DNA of 64,000 bases from Balanoglossus misakiensis (lineage: Eukaryota > Animalia > Hemichordata): NCBI GenBank assembly GCA_040954595.2, contig CM082596.2:7704468-7768467 (forward strand). Reading direction: 5' to 3'. Below, in pieces: positions 28,620 to 41,673 of this stretch (positions are counted from its first letter, which is position 1; every line of letters starts with the position of its first letter). The notes below the pieces were generated by a model. It was not told the origin of the DNA and did no database searches. It worked only from the letters and a program-made list of their open reading frames with translations. Position numbers and translations under genes: made by a program.

Positions 28620-28760
28620 TGTACTGCACTGCACTGTACTGTACTGTACTGTACTGTACTGTACTGTACTTTACTGTACTGTACTGTGCTGTACTGTACT
28701 GTACTGTACTGCACTGCGCTGCGCTGCGCTGCACTGCGCTGCACTGCACTGCACTGTACT
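28620..28760. repeat. Pentanucleotide array (GTACT)n grading to GCACT and GCGCT
   Basis: About 28 units, directly visible. Confidence 0.95.
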
Positions 28761-31700
28761 TCATATTGCTGATGAAGCGACGTAGTCTAAAACCCACAGA
28801 ACGACACTCGGTTTTCAGCTTGTGGGTACGTGCTAATTGACACCTACATGTAGCTCAGGTCTACAGAATGTCAAAGAGGCAGGCTTCATCCCTCAGCCTC
28901 GCCCCCAGCATCCGGTGTAATTTCATGTAATACCCTTGTCCTCTGGTTAATGAGTACAAGAGCGTTGCGCAGATTCTCGCAGTTTAGTTGTCACGTACAC
29001 ATATGTGTACAACACAGGAGAATGTTTGACCTTGACCAAGCGAAGATCAAGCTGCTGTTTATATCAAACTTTCACTACTGAAAACAACCTTGCACTATCC
29101 AGCCAGCTCACTTGCTGTCGTGTGTTTGCCTGCCACTTGGGTGTTGTAACGAAAAAGTGAATTAACTGGGATAACATGCCCTAACGGCTAAACGACGTGT
29201 ATGATTTTCTTGTTACATCTCCTCGCAATATCTCTTTACAGGCTTTTTTTGGAACACACTGAAATTCTCTATCTTTACGTAAGTCAGTCACGAATTGCCA
29301 TCAACTGAGCCACTAATGTCTTACGAGAAAAGGACGTGTTTGAAAATTAGTTATTAAACGCCCATAAAGATATGCTATTTGCCATTCTTCAAAGGCGGTG
29401 AAACATTAACTCTCCTTAGGTGAGCATCGCTTGATCAAGATAAGAGAACCGTGTGTGGCACTCGGTGAAGTTGTAACCCATAAACGATACATATCGCTTG
29501 TTATAGTATTATATAGCCATGTGGAATATACACAGCAAACAGTTGAGGTTACCACCTGCGTGGTTTTATGTGCCATATGCGATAACAGTCGGTGTCAAAG
29601 GTCAGGCAGCATAATATCTCAGGTTAACATCGCTTTATGTACAGTGTAGGTGTGCATTATGTTGAATCCATCACTCATGCGTCACAATTTATGTCCCAAA
29701 TTTTAAGCAACTCTTTGATGAGCAGCAGAGGTTTGGATTAAAGTGATCGCGGTGCTCTTGTGTTGTCAATCCTACGAAATAATAATGTGGTTAAACACTT
29801 GACGACGACGAAAACAACTAGAACAGCAACAACAAAACTAGGCAAATGAATAAAACTGAAACAGGTGTGTTTATAAGTTGGTATATATGTGAAAGTTCCA
29901 TTATGAACAATAGTAAATTCTGAACAAACATCTTTCATTGGAGACACTGCATTTAAGTTATGTTGTGTTGTGTTGTGTTGTGTTCTGTGTAAGAAATTAT
30001 CAGTCTTAGTATTCTTACAATACAACTGGTGGAAACCCTCTTTATGATCTGTTACACACCTCCGTCAACTTTGCCTGTTGAACTTTAAATAAAGTTTTAG
30101 ACCTGTTCATTACAAAAGAGATATCGCGTATCTGCAATATGCTTTGAAAGTAATGTGTGCTATATATACATAGTATTTGTATTAAGAGTACTGTGCTATG
30201 TAAGAAGATATAACTTGTAAAGGGCAGGCCATTCATGACAGCGACTACTGTATCCAATTTACAAGTGAATGTCACGGCTTATATAAAGATTTAGAATATT
30301 GGATACAGACATGACATCATAGATGAGAAACTTTTTCTATGAAAATATTGTTAAGGAGGGACTGACACTGTATGACACAATATTCTGGTGAGCCCCTCAT
30401 TTGCATGGGAGATCTTTTGCCACGCTGTGAGCATGAGGCTCTCATCAAAATCTAATCCACTTGGAATCAATACGTTATGACAGGATCACAAGTATAGGAT
30501 GTCACTAAGTCAATGCGGAAATATATGCGCGTTTCATGTTTCATATGTGGGATATATAATATAATGTAAACTTACTTTAACAATGGAAACGCAGCGAACT
30601 CGCATAGTAAGGAAGTACTATGAGCACGTGAAATTTGACTCGTCAGATAGGATTATTATACATTGAGAGTTGCTAGAAACCCCATTTCTACTATTGTCAT
30701 TGTCGTAACACAATAGTTGGCCAAATGAAACTGAGTTAAGTGGTCAAACAAAATCCCATAGTGACCCATAGTAAAACCAACGGTGAAAAAAATGTAGTTG
30801 TTTTTATTATTGACTTATAAGTCACAGCCTTGTTTTTCACATGGACCCTATATTTTATTACGGATGTTCATTATACATATTCTAATAACAAAGTAGAATT
30901 CATATTTTACGTATCGTACATCCATTAATGCCAATGAACTGCCAAGATCTCCTAGGGTCTTGTGAAGTTCCGAACATGGTAATGTGTAAGCTAGTGTGTC
31001 TGAGAAATGTGGTAACAATGGACAAACAGAATGTGCCATGATCTTTCGATGAGCCACACAAAACGAAGGCTTTGAACGTGAACGTGAACAAGAAATCTTG
31101 CCAAGCTCAAGAAAGTCAACTTGGCACCATTCACAGCCTTAGACGAAATCATCCCAGTTAACGCTTAGACTTAAGACATGTTTTACGCGCGACTAAATCT
31201 GTCCTTTGAAATCTTTGCGATAAAAGTATGTCTGGTCACGATGCACCATATAATGCTTGTAATATCAGAATTTTGTTAACGTGGATTGCGATCTGATCGG
31301 CAATGTGTGTGATACAGGTAATGTAACACTCGTGATGTTCGGAAATAAAGGGCGGGGGGACTGATGATGAGTAACAAGTTGATTGACCAACAGACAAGGC
31401 AGACAGACAGGCATAAACCTGACATACACGGATATAGACAGACTCTAAGGCAGACAGGCAGACAAAAATACCGGTAGATAAAAGACAGACAAGATCGTTT
31501 TCAGTGAAAAAAAGAATGAAAACCAAAACTTGAGTCAAAGCTGAAAACGTACGGCACTCAAGAAGACCCAGAACTTCGTCAATCGCCACTGTTTGAACGA
31601 AATGTTATTGCAACCAGATATATGTGCTCGTATCATTGCATTTAAATTTAAGTTACTGCGGCTAATTCAATTAAATCAATTTATTAACTATATTGTCCGC

Positions 31701-32326
31701 TGTGTCATTATTAATCTTTCCAATAAAAATGGATTATAATTACTAATGTCAGCCGACAGATTGGGCTCCCTGCTGCTGTCGCAGATGTGGATATTAGTAA
31801 TTAATAAAATGCATTAAGCACATCAATAATAAAAGTATTCTTAATTATCCACCTCATCGGATATGAAAAAAAAACGAAACGTGTGTAAAAATACTTAATA
31901 GTAATTGCAACGGGTCATCAGTTTGGAGTCAGAGCTTGATGACGTCACAATGACGCGGACTGGCGAATGTCTCTGAGACACCCAAAGCTGTATTTTCGCT
32001 CTTCCACATAAGTACTGAGTTACTTATATAAAAAAAATCTTGATGCTATAAGAAAATCGCTGATCAAACTCTCGCACACAGTTGTGACTAATCGCATGAC
32101 ATGAACGTTTAAATTAGTTTTGTAATTACAAACGACAGCATCTGAGAACGTCAAGGTTTGCCTGGTTCTTTGGCTAAATATTTGATATATAATTATATAA
32201 AGATTTCATGAGTGTTTTTTTGCTAAACCTATTATATCACAAAGCGCGGATTAAACTTTAGTTTGGGATTGTAACTGTTAGGAGGATGTGACAAACAGCT
32301 GTCTTATGTGATAGTCAGTGTAGAAC

Positions 32327-32360
32327 CATAGACCCTGTCTATATAGGATCTACATGTATG
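32327..32360. mobile_element. Mini-palindromic element CATAGAC...TCTATG interrupted by a CATGTA insertion
   Basis: CATAGACCCT..AGGATCTA[CATGTA]TG, flanked by a near-direct repeat GTAGAAC/ATAGAAC. A relative lies at 46874-46907. Confidence 0.5.
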
Positions 32361-33499
32361 ATAGAACTTCATATAACATGTGCTCAAATCTGAGAAAACA
32401 AACTAGACTCCTAGGAAGTTCTACCTTGTGGTTAGAAAGGGGCTTGGTTTTTATGATGTTGGTAAGTGCTATGATGTACTGATATCATATATTGAAATTG
32501 GAGCAAAAGTTATTTTGTTTAATGCAACAATTTGTATTTGTCTTTTATGAAATATAATCACACATATGTTTGTGATCACAGAAACCGTAGCAAGAAAACG
32601 ATAAAGTAAAACAAACAAAACAAGCTCAAATATAAACTAAACACAAGCTGATGTTAGTCTAAAATATCTAAAATATAATAACTGTTGAGTCCAAAAATGA
32701 CTCTTGATCAACCCCCTTAAGCAGATGAAACAAGCAAAAAAAAATCATTGTACCAGTGCCCAGTTTAACTCTCGTAGGTGGTCTCATCGAGTGGCTGATC
32801 TCGCAAAAATACCATATCACATCAAGATCAGCAAAAACATCCTTGTCAAGGTGGATTTCCGTCTTGAAAGGAAATGACGCAAATATACGAGCATGACTAT
32901 AGGACACATGTGCATGAAAATATCAAGTGCAAATATTTGGTCAAAACTGGAAAAGAGTCGCGAAGTTAGATATTATGGTTTTTCGTCATTTCTTAAGTTG
33001 TTTCCTGTGAAATGTGAAAGTGCCTATTTCTGACAAACTACAGCGATGTCGGAAGAGACCAGCTCACACGCAGTCCCTGCTACTTTCGATTAGCAAAAGA
33101 CGCAAGGAGCTAAATCCGGATACAAATGACTTCGGGGGTTATCTATTTCCAGATCTGCAGTGAGCCGCACGACTTACTCGTCACATAGTTCTCAGTGAAA
33201 GGTAACTCGACAATGAAGATAGGAAAGTAGTTTAAATTGAAACAGGAAATGACTCAATAGCCAACTTGATAGGTTTTTATTGTATCACTACGGTAATTGC
33301 ATTTCTGGGTCTTGTTCCTAAATTATTCATCCCATGATCAACAGCCGATGGTGTGAAAAACGTCATTATAACGTAATTATCTTATACGTAAGCTAATATG
33401 TGTGATTGGACCTCCGCGTGAAGTGCTGTATCGCATTATGTCAGCAATAAGCTCCGATGTCTCTGGTTTTTGTGGCAGCTCTAACTAATCATCTCAGAA

Positions 33500-33900
33500 A
33501 GATAGCTGCTTTAGGTCTAATTTAGCTCAGTGACGTACTTTTGGGGTTTGGGCCACGGTACCTGACGACACGCGTCCCCCTGAAATGTGATTGGAGCCTC
33601 CTCAGCAGAACGCGATCGAGCGCGCGCGCGGAGAAGGGAGAGACCCGCTGCCATGACAACCCCCGAGACATCATAACAGAGAAAAGAAAACAACTCGCAT
33701 TGGGCATTAATAATAATAAATTGATGGATTTAATCATGGAGGTGAGCTCTGAAAGCTTTTCTCTTCGATTAACCTCGCTATAACGACTCAATAAAACCAT
33801 TTCGAAAAAAACGACAAGGAAATTAAACCGACGTCCCGAGGACAACAACCCCATTTCTTGGGAGCCCGTGGAAACATGTAGGGAAAGGGGGGGAGGGAAC
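33500..33900. promoter_or_regulatory. CpG-rich promoter-like island
   Basis: TGACG half-CRE motifs (~33530, ~33563), inverted CCAAT (GATTGG ~33589), GCGCGCGCG run, TGATGGAT 33722-33729, donor-like GAG|GTGAGC at 33741/33742. Confidence 0.4.
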
Positions 33901-34578
33901 TGCGGCTTTGCAGTTGAATATCATATCAATATCAATATCAATTCCATTTAATATCCTGCCTCCCTGCTGTTAGGTCTAGTCGTCTCTCCCATTGTTATTC
34001 TGATTTACGCCATTTATGAAAACAATCGAAATGATGGAAGATTAACTTAGATGTGTAATAAACAGCCTGCTTGGAGGCGTCTCTTATGGTTACAGGGTAC
34101 CGTTGCATTGTATAGGGCATTTGATTTACTGTATTTGATTTTTAATCACTTCCCATAAACATTAGTTTATGTTTATGCTAATAGCACCCATGTCGTACTT
34201 TTTTATTACACATTGGCTAGTAATTGATTTGTGGTCATATTTCAACTGGGAAATCCCATGGCAATAAAAGCATTTTAATATCAACTTGCCAACAGCACAT
34301 CTCGTAAAATTAAAAGTAAAAAAAAAACACATTGGCGGATTTCTTTTACATGTAATTTTGAAAAAGAGATGGAATCTTATAGACTGGTAACATTGTGCTA
34401 GGAAGTCCTTGAAAGCAGTGGGATAAACATGTAGTTATTGGTTTGAATTTTCTTGAGTTCGCTCACGGTGAAAAAATGTAATAAAATATGGCCTGTTTGG
34501 CGATAACTGATTAACCTCTTAGAGTGGTTAAGTCGCTTTAATGGTATTTAACTTTTGACATTATTAGGGGGCATATTT

Positions 34579-34806
34579 GCTTATAACATCCGCTCACTTA
34601 TTTTGGGGTTCGCCCTTTTAAACATTTGCAGATTACTGAAAACTAGGAAATCTTTCTATTTTAGGAAATTGCTGATAATAAATTGATTTTCTGTGAATAC
34701 TCGGCCGGAAAACTGGTTTTGTTTGTTTTCACCCCATTTTGTCATGGATGGCTCAGCCATATTTGAATGAGCAAACCCCAAAATAAAATAGGTGGGTGTT
34801 TTATGC
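34579..34806. mobile_element. Old MITE-like element with ~45 bp imperfect inverted ends
   Basis: ATAACATCCGCTCACTTATTTTGGGGTTCGC at left versus GCAAACCCCAAAATAAAATAGGTGGGTGTTTTAT at right. Confidence 0.55.
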
Positions 34807-35349
34807 GAAAGTTCATTTATGGATTTCTATACTAGTATACGGTACAGTGAACTACCAGCTTTTCGAATTGTATGTACGCTTGCTTTTTCATAGACATCAC
34901 ATTACGAGTACCAGAAATCTCATGCTAATATAACCCATGATATCCCGATAATATTCAGAGCCCTAGTGCCTATGGACTAATATCTAAGCCAATTTCTCTT
35001 TACATTTCACATTAATGCTGTGTGTTTGACTGTTGTTATTAATGTCAATTAAAAGACACTCCCATGCATTGAGCTTGAACTTTCTTTTCAGAATGCAGCA
35101 GTCTGTTTACGTACTGATCATGTACGTAATTTTCCTGTTCGACCAGGAACCCATTCTACGAAATCGCTTTAAATTTGTTTTCTTTTCGTGAAGATAAGTT
35201 TGATTTCCTTGGAATTGCTCGTTCACAGAAGCAATTGAGGTAAATTAGGCTCGCTTTAAATATTATATTCGCTCAGCAAACGAATACTGTGTTTTCCAGC
35301 GATGAACGTAATCTAGTTAGTCGAAAAAAAACACTATGAGCTTAACAGT

Positions 35350-35830
35350 CTTGGCGCCGAGAAACTCGTTCAATTGTCACTGACATTTTCCGCGTTTAGC
35401 TTATTCCCTTCCCAGATTATCCAAAGTTCAAACGTTACTGGAGAAAAAATCAAGATTTCGCGGGCGGGGCGAACTGAACGAGCTGACGACTCCCTCGCGA
35501 CCAGATTTTCACCGTACTGCCATTTTAATGAATTGAGGGGGTGTCACGTGACCGCGGCTACCCGGAGGCCGGCAGTGTAGTTCTCCCTGTGTGTAATCTT
35601 CCAGAATTCACTTTTGCTCGTACCGCCATTACCGTCCGGCGAACGACCGACGCGAATCCTTCCCAGGGACAGCCGCAAATGCTATTCTTGGAACCAATTC
35701 TGATTACCGCTACAATAACACTCTATAATCACGCATCTTAATACTGCGCGTATAGGTACACGTACTTTATTTGAATACAGATGGTTGATAATTTCAGAGT
35801 TTGATTTATTTATGCTAAATCACGGTAAGT
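35350..35830. promoter_or_regulatory. CpG-rich promoter-like island
   Basis: GC box GGGCGGGG (~35462), palindromic GTCACGTGAC (~35543), high CpG, consensus donor CACG|GTAAGT at 35824/35825. Confidence 0.4.
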
Positions 35831-38800
35831 GTATAATATCATGTAATCATGCCATATCATATAACGCATCACCTGCGAGTATATCGGTCACAAGTAACCC
35901 CTTTCTTTAAATGATATTGCGCAAACCTTTTCGTTTGGGACACTGTCTAAACCGACTTGTAAAATCTTTTCCAAAACAGTCCTTTAAGTAACGTGACACA
36001 ATTTTGGTACAACTTTCTTGAAACAGGGTTCAACCTTGGCAACCAGTGAAATAAAGGTTAACCATTTTATATGTAATCCAGTCGTAACATGTAACGTCAG
36101 ACTTCCTATATGTTATGCTGGCTGATAGTTTTCAATTGCACGTACACAAAGCAGAAAAAACGTTGAAAAAACGTCATCAAACTCACTTAGAGATATAACT
36201 GAGAATAGTCTTTAAACATTAATTCAATTTGCTTATTACGTCTTTCTCTGTAAGTGACTATTGACCCAATCAACCGCAACGCAGAATTGAGTCCCCGATG
36301 CGCTGGCTCTCGATTCATAGTTAAAAAATAATTATCGACACTTTTGCAAGTGCAGTGGTATATGTTTCGAGGAATGGGGTGCCTTTTCTCAATCCTCGCC
36401 GTGAGCGATGACCCTGTTGGAATTATCAGCAAACATGTGCATAAGCACCGGACCACGAACACGCTATTAGAGCGCATTTTCCGGGCAGGATGTTTCGGGG
36501 AAGAACACAAATTAAGGGCAAGCCGCAGCTGAGCCGGCTAATTCGGGAATTTCTCCGTCGCAAATCCATATCCCGACAGCGAAGTTGGCGTTTCTTTAAT
36601 GCCAACAACTGCTTGAAATTTCTCGAAAATAAAGAGAACGCCGGCGTGCAACTGACAGACGATGCGGAATAGTTCTCCCAGAAATCAATTAATAGTGTGC
36701 ACATGACAGGTTTTCCACTTATTCCACGTACTTTAGCGGAGGTGCCTGTAATTGCTATAGAATATGTGCCACCGCTGATATAACTAGCATAAATGTCTTC
36801 AACAAAAACATAAAGCATACATTATTTAATACATAAGTGTATATCTCCAACAACAATAACCTTAGGCTGTTTTCAGTATTTTTGTCACTTTTCCAACTGC
36901 ATGCGCTTTCTTGTTCAAATCGCCTAAGCACAATGAAATGCTCAGTATTTAGCTGATCAACACAAACGAAGTATTGTTATTGTTGGAAATCGAATTTAAG
37001 TCCGGACCTGAATTCATTTGCCTACGGTAGTGATGGTTTTTACGCTTATTGAGAATACAAGCGGAAAACCCAAATGTTTTGCCTGCGTATAGGGATTAGA
37101 ACAATTAAACTACAGTTGACACACAGAGCAGAATATGCTATTATAGAATACTGGCCATTTCATTTCCCTATTCTTTGTTTGGAATATATTCACGTGCAGA
37201 ATAGTTTTACGCACAGTTCATGTTTTAGATGACAGTGTTGGGCATTTTTCAGTCCCTGGTTCTCGCATCAGTTTTTGTTGACATTGGACGTTCATATGAT
37301 GGAAAGCTTCAAGTTGTTTTCCATTTATCAAATAGATGAATCTGATAAAGATCGAAGGTGCACCTGTCCTGTAGTACCAGGGTACATGTATATGCCTATA
37401 AGTCCTTAATTCACATTTATAACTTTAAGTGGTGCTCATCAAATATCAGGCGTTTTTAATCCCATCATTCAGAATCTTATCATTGTTATATATCTCATTA
37501 TGCGGTTTTCATTGATTATCTTTTCATCAATATACCAATTTGTATATTCGCTTCCCTTTATGATTATTACCCTCTCAGAGATTTCTACATTTTGCCCTTG
37601 AATGGTTAAATGTATCAGTGGGAATGTCAGATTGAATACTTTTGAATTATACCTCAAAGCTTGGTCTGATGCCTGTTTCCCTTGTGTACCATTAACCCCA
37701 CTGGACTGAAGAAAATGTAAGGCAGTCTACGGTACAAACTGAGCCTCGTTATACCTACCAATAACAGCAAATACGCTTTAGGAGTGGGCTCTTCTTAATG
37801 TTCCTACTAAAACTAAATGTCTATGAACGTTAACTTTTCCAGGTTTATAAATATTCAAAATAGGGTGGAGAGGACATGAACACTATGCGTGCGCTTGGAT
37901 ATGACCATCGTGTATGTCCATATAGAGTGCGACAGCTTCATGTGCCAAAGTAAAGTGAATGATTGTCGACGATAATAAATTGTTAGGAGCAGAAATTGAA
38001 TGGAGTTTATAAGTGACGAATTTGCTTCAAAGCCGACGGGTTGCCCGATTGATTTCCCCGCATATGTAACAAAAATAAATGAAACAAATTATGTTTCTAT
38101 TTTGCGACGTCCCGTGCAATAACATATTCATTGGTCATTATCTTTGACCAAACGAGATAGTCACCTCTGGCGAGGTCTGTGACAGTGATGAGTTTGCGTA
38201 TGTCAGTCACCGAAGAGGTGTTTAATTATGACTATAAAATATCAATTGGCTGCCTTTTTTCACCCGGGCTCAATAGTGAGACTTTCAAAGTTTAGGAATC
38301 CATCTCAAATGGATGAGTAATAATGTGAATTAAACCTGTTTTCTTTTGGGGAGCGTGTACTCCTTACCGCATACAATGCTTAATGTTTGATGAGTTTAAG
38401 AGAGTATATACTTCAGAGATTGCTGTCTACTTTGTCCATTGGCGGCACACTTTTTTTTATAACGGACAGGAAATAATCTCTCGGGGTGCTCAATCATTTG
38501 ACACCTGTCTGTGCTTGTTAATATTTAAAAAAAAGAAGGAAATGAGTATTTCTTGAGTAGGCAACGGCGGCAATACATCATTTATTTTGCACTGGGTCGA
38601 CCCGTACTACTTCTTTACGGGATTAAGAGTATTTGCACTACTTGTTTACAGCATGATGTAGAGGGTGCTTTCTTTGCGAATTTTTGCGTCTCTTTTCCTC
38701 CATGTGTATTTGTCACAAATTTTGAAGGGAACAGCTAAGATTGGGTACATGTGGGATTCCATGCTAGTGTTCCGACACAACAGGTTCTGTTGGCAAAATC

Positions 38801-40337
38801 TGCCTGGACATTAGACAAGTCTCAGTCGCAATTTCGTTTCCGTGTGCTCTACAAAAACCATGCATCCATACTATCACGGCACGTGATTGGACACTCTGTG
38901 TCGTTTGACAAGTATACTATATAGTGCTCAAAAATGTAATTATTACATCGGATACTTATGTTTTGAAAGTTTTTTTCCTAAGCTGTGTATATTGACTCTA
39001 CAAATTCAACCTAAACGACATGGTCGAGTAAACGGCATGTGAATGTTTAAAACCATTAGAACTGAAAAATCATGTGCTACAAAACCGTCGTGACAGTCGT
39101 CAATTAGCTGGCCCAGTACATCTTAACCAAACTTTAACTGCCATTGAAGTTGTCGAGAAAGAAGTAGCAACAAAAAGCAATTTCGTGTCTAATCCTGTCA
39201 AGATCAGATACTGGATAATTTTACTTTAAAACCTGGATAGTCTACGCTGTTACATAGGTAGCAAACGTGCAGATCGTAATATAGAACATGTTTAGAGTTT
39301 ATTGTACTATATTTTATTATTTCCTGAGGCACACAGACAAAATCCCTTCCATTGGTCGTCTGGAATCGTTTCCTGCAAAGTCGGCTGGCAGCATCAGTGC
39401 CGGTCGGCAAATTTGGGACAGAGTCTAGGAACTGGACGGCGTGTCGATTTTAATATTTCACACTTTGTGACTGAGTGGTGTACAAGAACCATTAAACTCG
39501 CATCGTTCAGTCCAGTAGGCTTGCGACGGAAATGCAATATAGGTTAATGGGAGTTTGCTGTATGCCGATACAATAACTGCAGTTTCATTCCACGATTTGA
39601 ATCGTTACTCTTCATGACAGGCGGGGCTTTCTTGACAGCAAGGGTTTTATATGTACATAATATTTCATCATGATTTAAAACGCAGACTCTTTGTGCAATG
39701 GTTCGATGTTAATCCGCTTTCGCATTTAAGTCAACAGTTATAAATTACAAAGATTTGACGAAACGGGGAGAATTCGTCCACGATGAATGTAACAGACTCT
39801 TTCTTCTCCTAACGGTTTGACAATTTCTGACAGACATTCAGAGAAAAAGACAACAGGCACTCAGGTAATTTAGTACACATAAAGGAAAAAACATCTCAAT
39901 TTGAAAAGTATTAAGAGTTATGGCCGATACAAATAAAGGCGATTGGAGAACTTTTGGTCCACTTAGGGTACTAGTTGATGACAACACAACTATTGGTTCA
40001 TTCATGAACACAATGCCCTTTCGTTCATTTTTCAATCCGCAGCGGCGCCAAAATGTTGCCTTTTTTCATTTCACTCAATTGCGTCAGTGTATTGCCACAT
40101 GCATTCTGGTCTTTTACTTATCTTGATGATCCTCTCCCTTCAAGAGATTACATCACAGCAGTGCTGAGTCAGGTTCTGGGGTGAAGGTACGCTTTTGCGT
40201 GACTCAGAACATGATTATCTGCGCTCTTCTAAAAATTAAGGGCTGCCGAAGAGAGCCTATCCTGTCCATACACAGACATTGGGTTTACTATGAAACAACC
40301 ACGCATACTTAATTGTTGGATATTCATGGTTCAAGTA

Positions 40338-40439
40338 CAGTGAAACCTGTCATTACGGACACCTCTCTAATCAGGACACCTGTCTGTTAAGGACAGATTT
40401 TCTGGTCCCAGAGGTGTCCTTTATAGACAAGATTCACCG
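40338..40439. mobile_element. ~100 bp Tc1/mariner(pogo)-type MITE
   Basis: TA|CAGTGAAACCTGTC...GACAAGATTCACCG|TA: imperfect TIRs, TA TSD, internal GGACACC repeats. Confidence 0.8.
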
Positions 40440-41497
40440 TACGTGTATAGATAAACTGGATTTGAATTTAGTGTCTTTCCCAATGTAGAAAAGGCTGGCA
40501 CAAGACATTCGATAGCTCCTCATCACTTTCTGTTGCAATACCTCTTTTCCCGCGAAGAGAGTGATACAGCTTTGAACAATGCTTACGGCGTGTAAATCCA
40601 CTGTTCCGACAGTGTGTAGACACAACAACTTACCGAAGCTTTGACTTTCATAAGATAGAAGGAATGTTGCAAAGGAAGGCAGTGTGGGGACGTTCTGTGT
40701 GCATTGGCAGTGGTTACTGATAATTGCACGCGATTTTCACAGCTATGGTCACTTTGTAACATGTCTAATTTGGCGCTGTCCGGGCAAATTGCCAGAATGC
40801 CTCGAACAACGCCCGAGTATTTGCCAGTTTCATAATCTGCTTGAATGAGTGAAGCACGCTAAAGACTTCCTTCCGCGTGTTCGTTAAATGGAGTCTTTTC
40901 ACATCGCGCTTTATCAAGGTGAAGATGTCGCCCCAATTGTGCACAAAAAGTCTGTTAATTGCAGGCTCGGCACCGGCTTTTAGAGGAATTAAATGCCTAC
41001 TCATGCTCCAAATGCCCTGCAGAATGGTCACTGCACCTATTGGAGTCGTGCCACGCGTATTATGGGTGCGCACGTCATTAGTAATTTCAATCATTAAAAT
41101 TGTACACGTTCATTTTAGACAAATGCGCATTTTCATTTCCAGGCAGCTCCCTGGGTTCCATTACGGCCGTTCCATCGATCACGTTGTGTCTGCAATGACG
41201 GAAGCAGTGGCGTGGCAGACTATGTTATAAATTCCCAGATGTTCTCTGCCCCTGTTAACTCGACACATCTTTTAATGGACATATCTTTTAGGTTTATGCG
41301 ATCATTAATACCAGGGTATGCTTCCAAACAGTCACCACCTTTCTAAACACAGTAACAAGCGGTGGATGTCTCTGCATGCTCTGAAAACAATCTAAGCCTG
41401 CGAATTGTGTATATGAGAGCGTAGACTCTTCTGTTTAAAGTACCGCATTTAATGTTCACTTTGAGTTGATTTTGTTACAGCACTACTACTATACTGT

Positions 41498-41673
41498 TGA
41501 TGATGGTGATTTTGCCGTTGGTGTTGTTCCTGATGATGATGGTGGTGGTGGTGACGATGATGATGATGATGACGATGATGATGATGATGATGGTGATGTT
41601 GTTGTTGTTGTTGTTGTTCATGATGATGATGATGGTGGTGGTGGTGGTGGTGGTGATGATGCTGATGCTGTTG
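41498..41673. repeat. Compound trinucleotide repeat (GAT/GGT/GTT)n
   Basis: Directly visible; source of the poly-D/G/V and poly-M/V/L ORFs. Confidence 0.92.
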
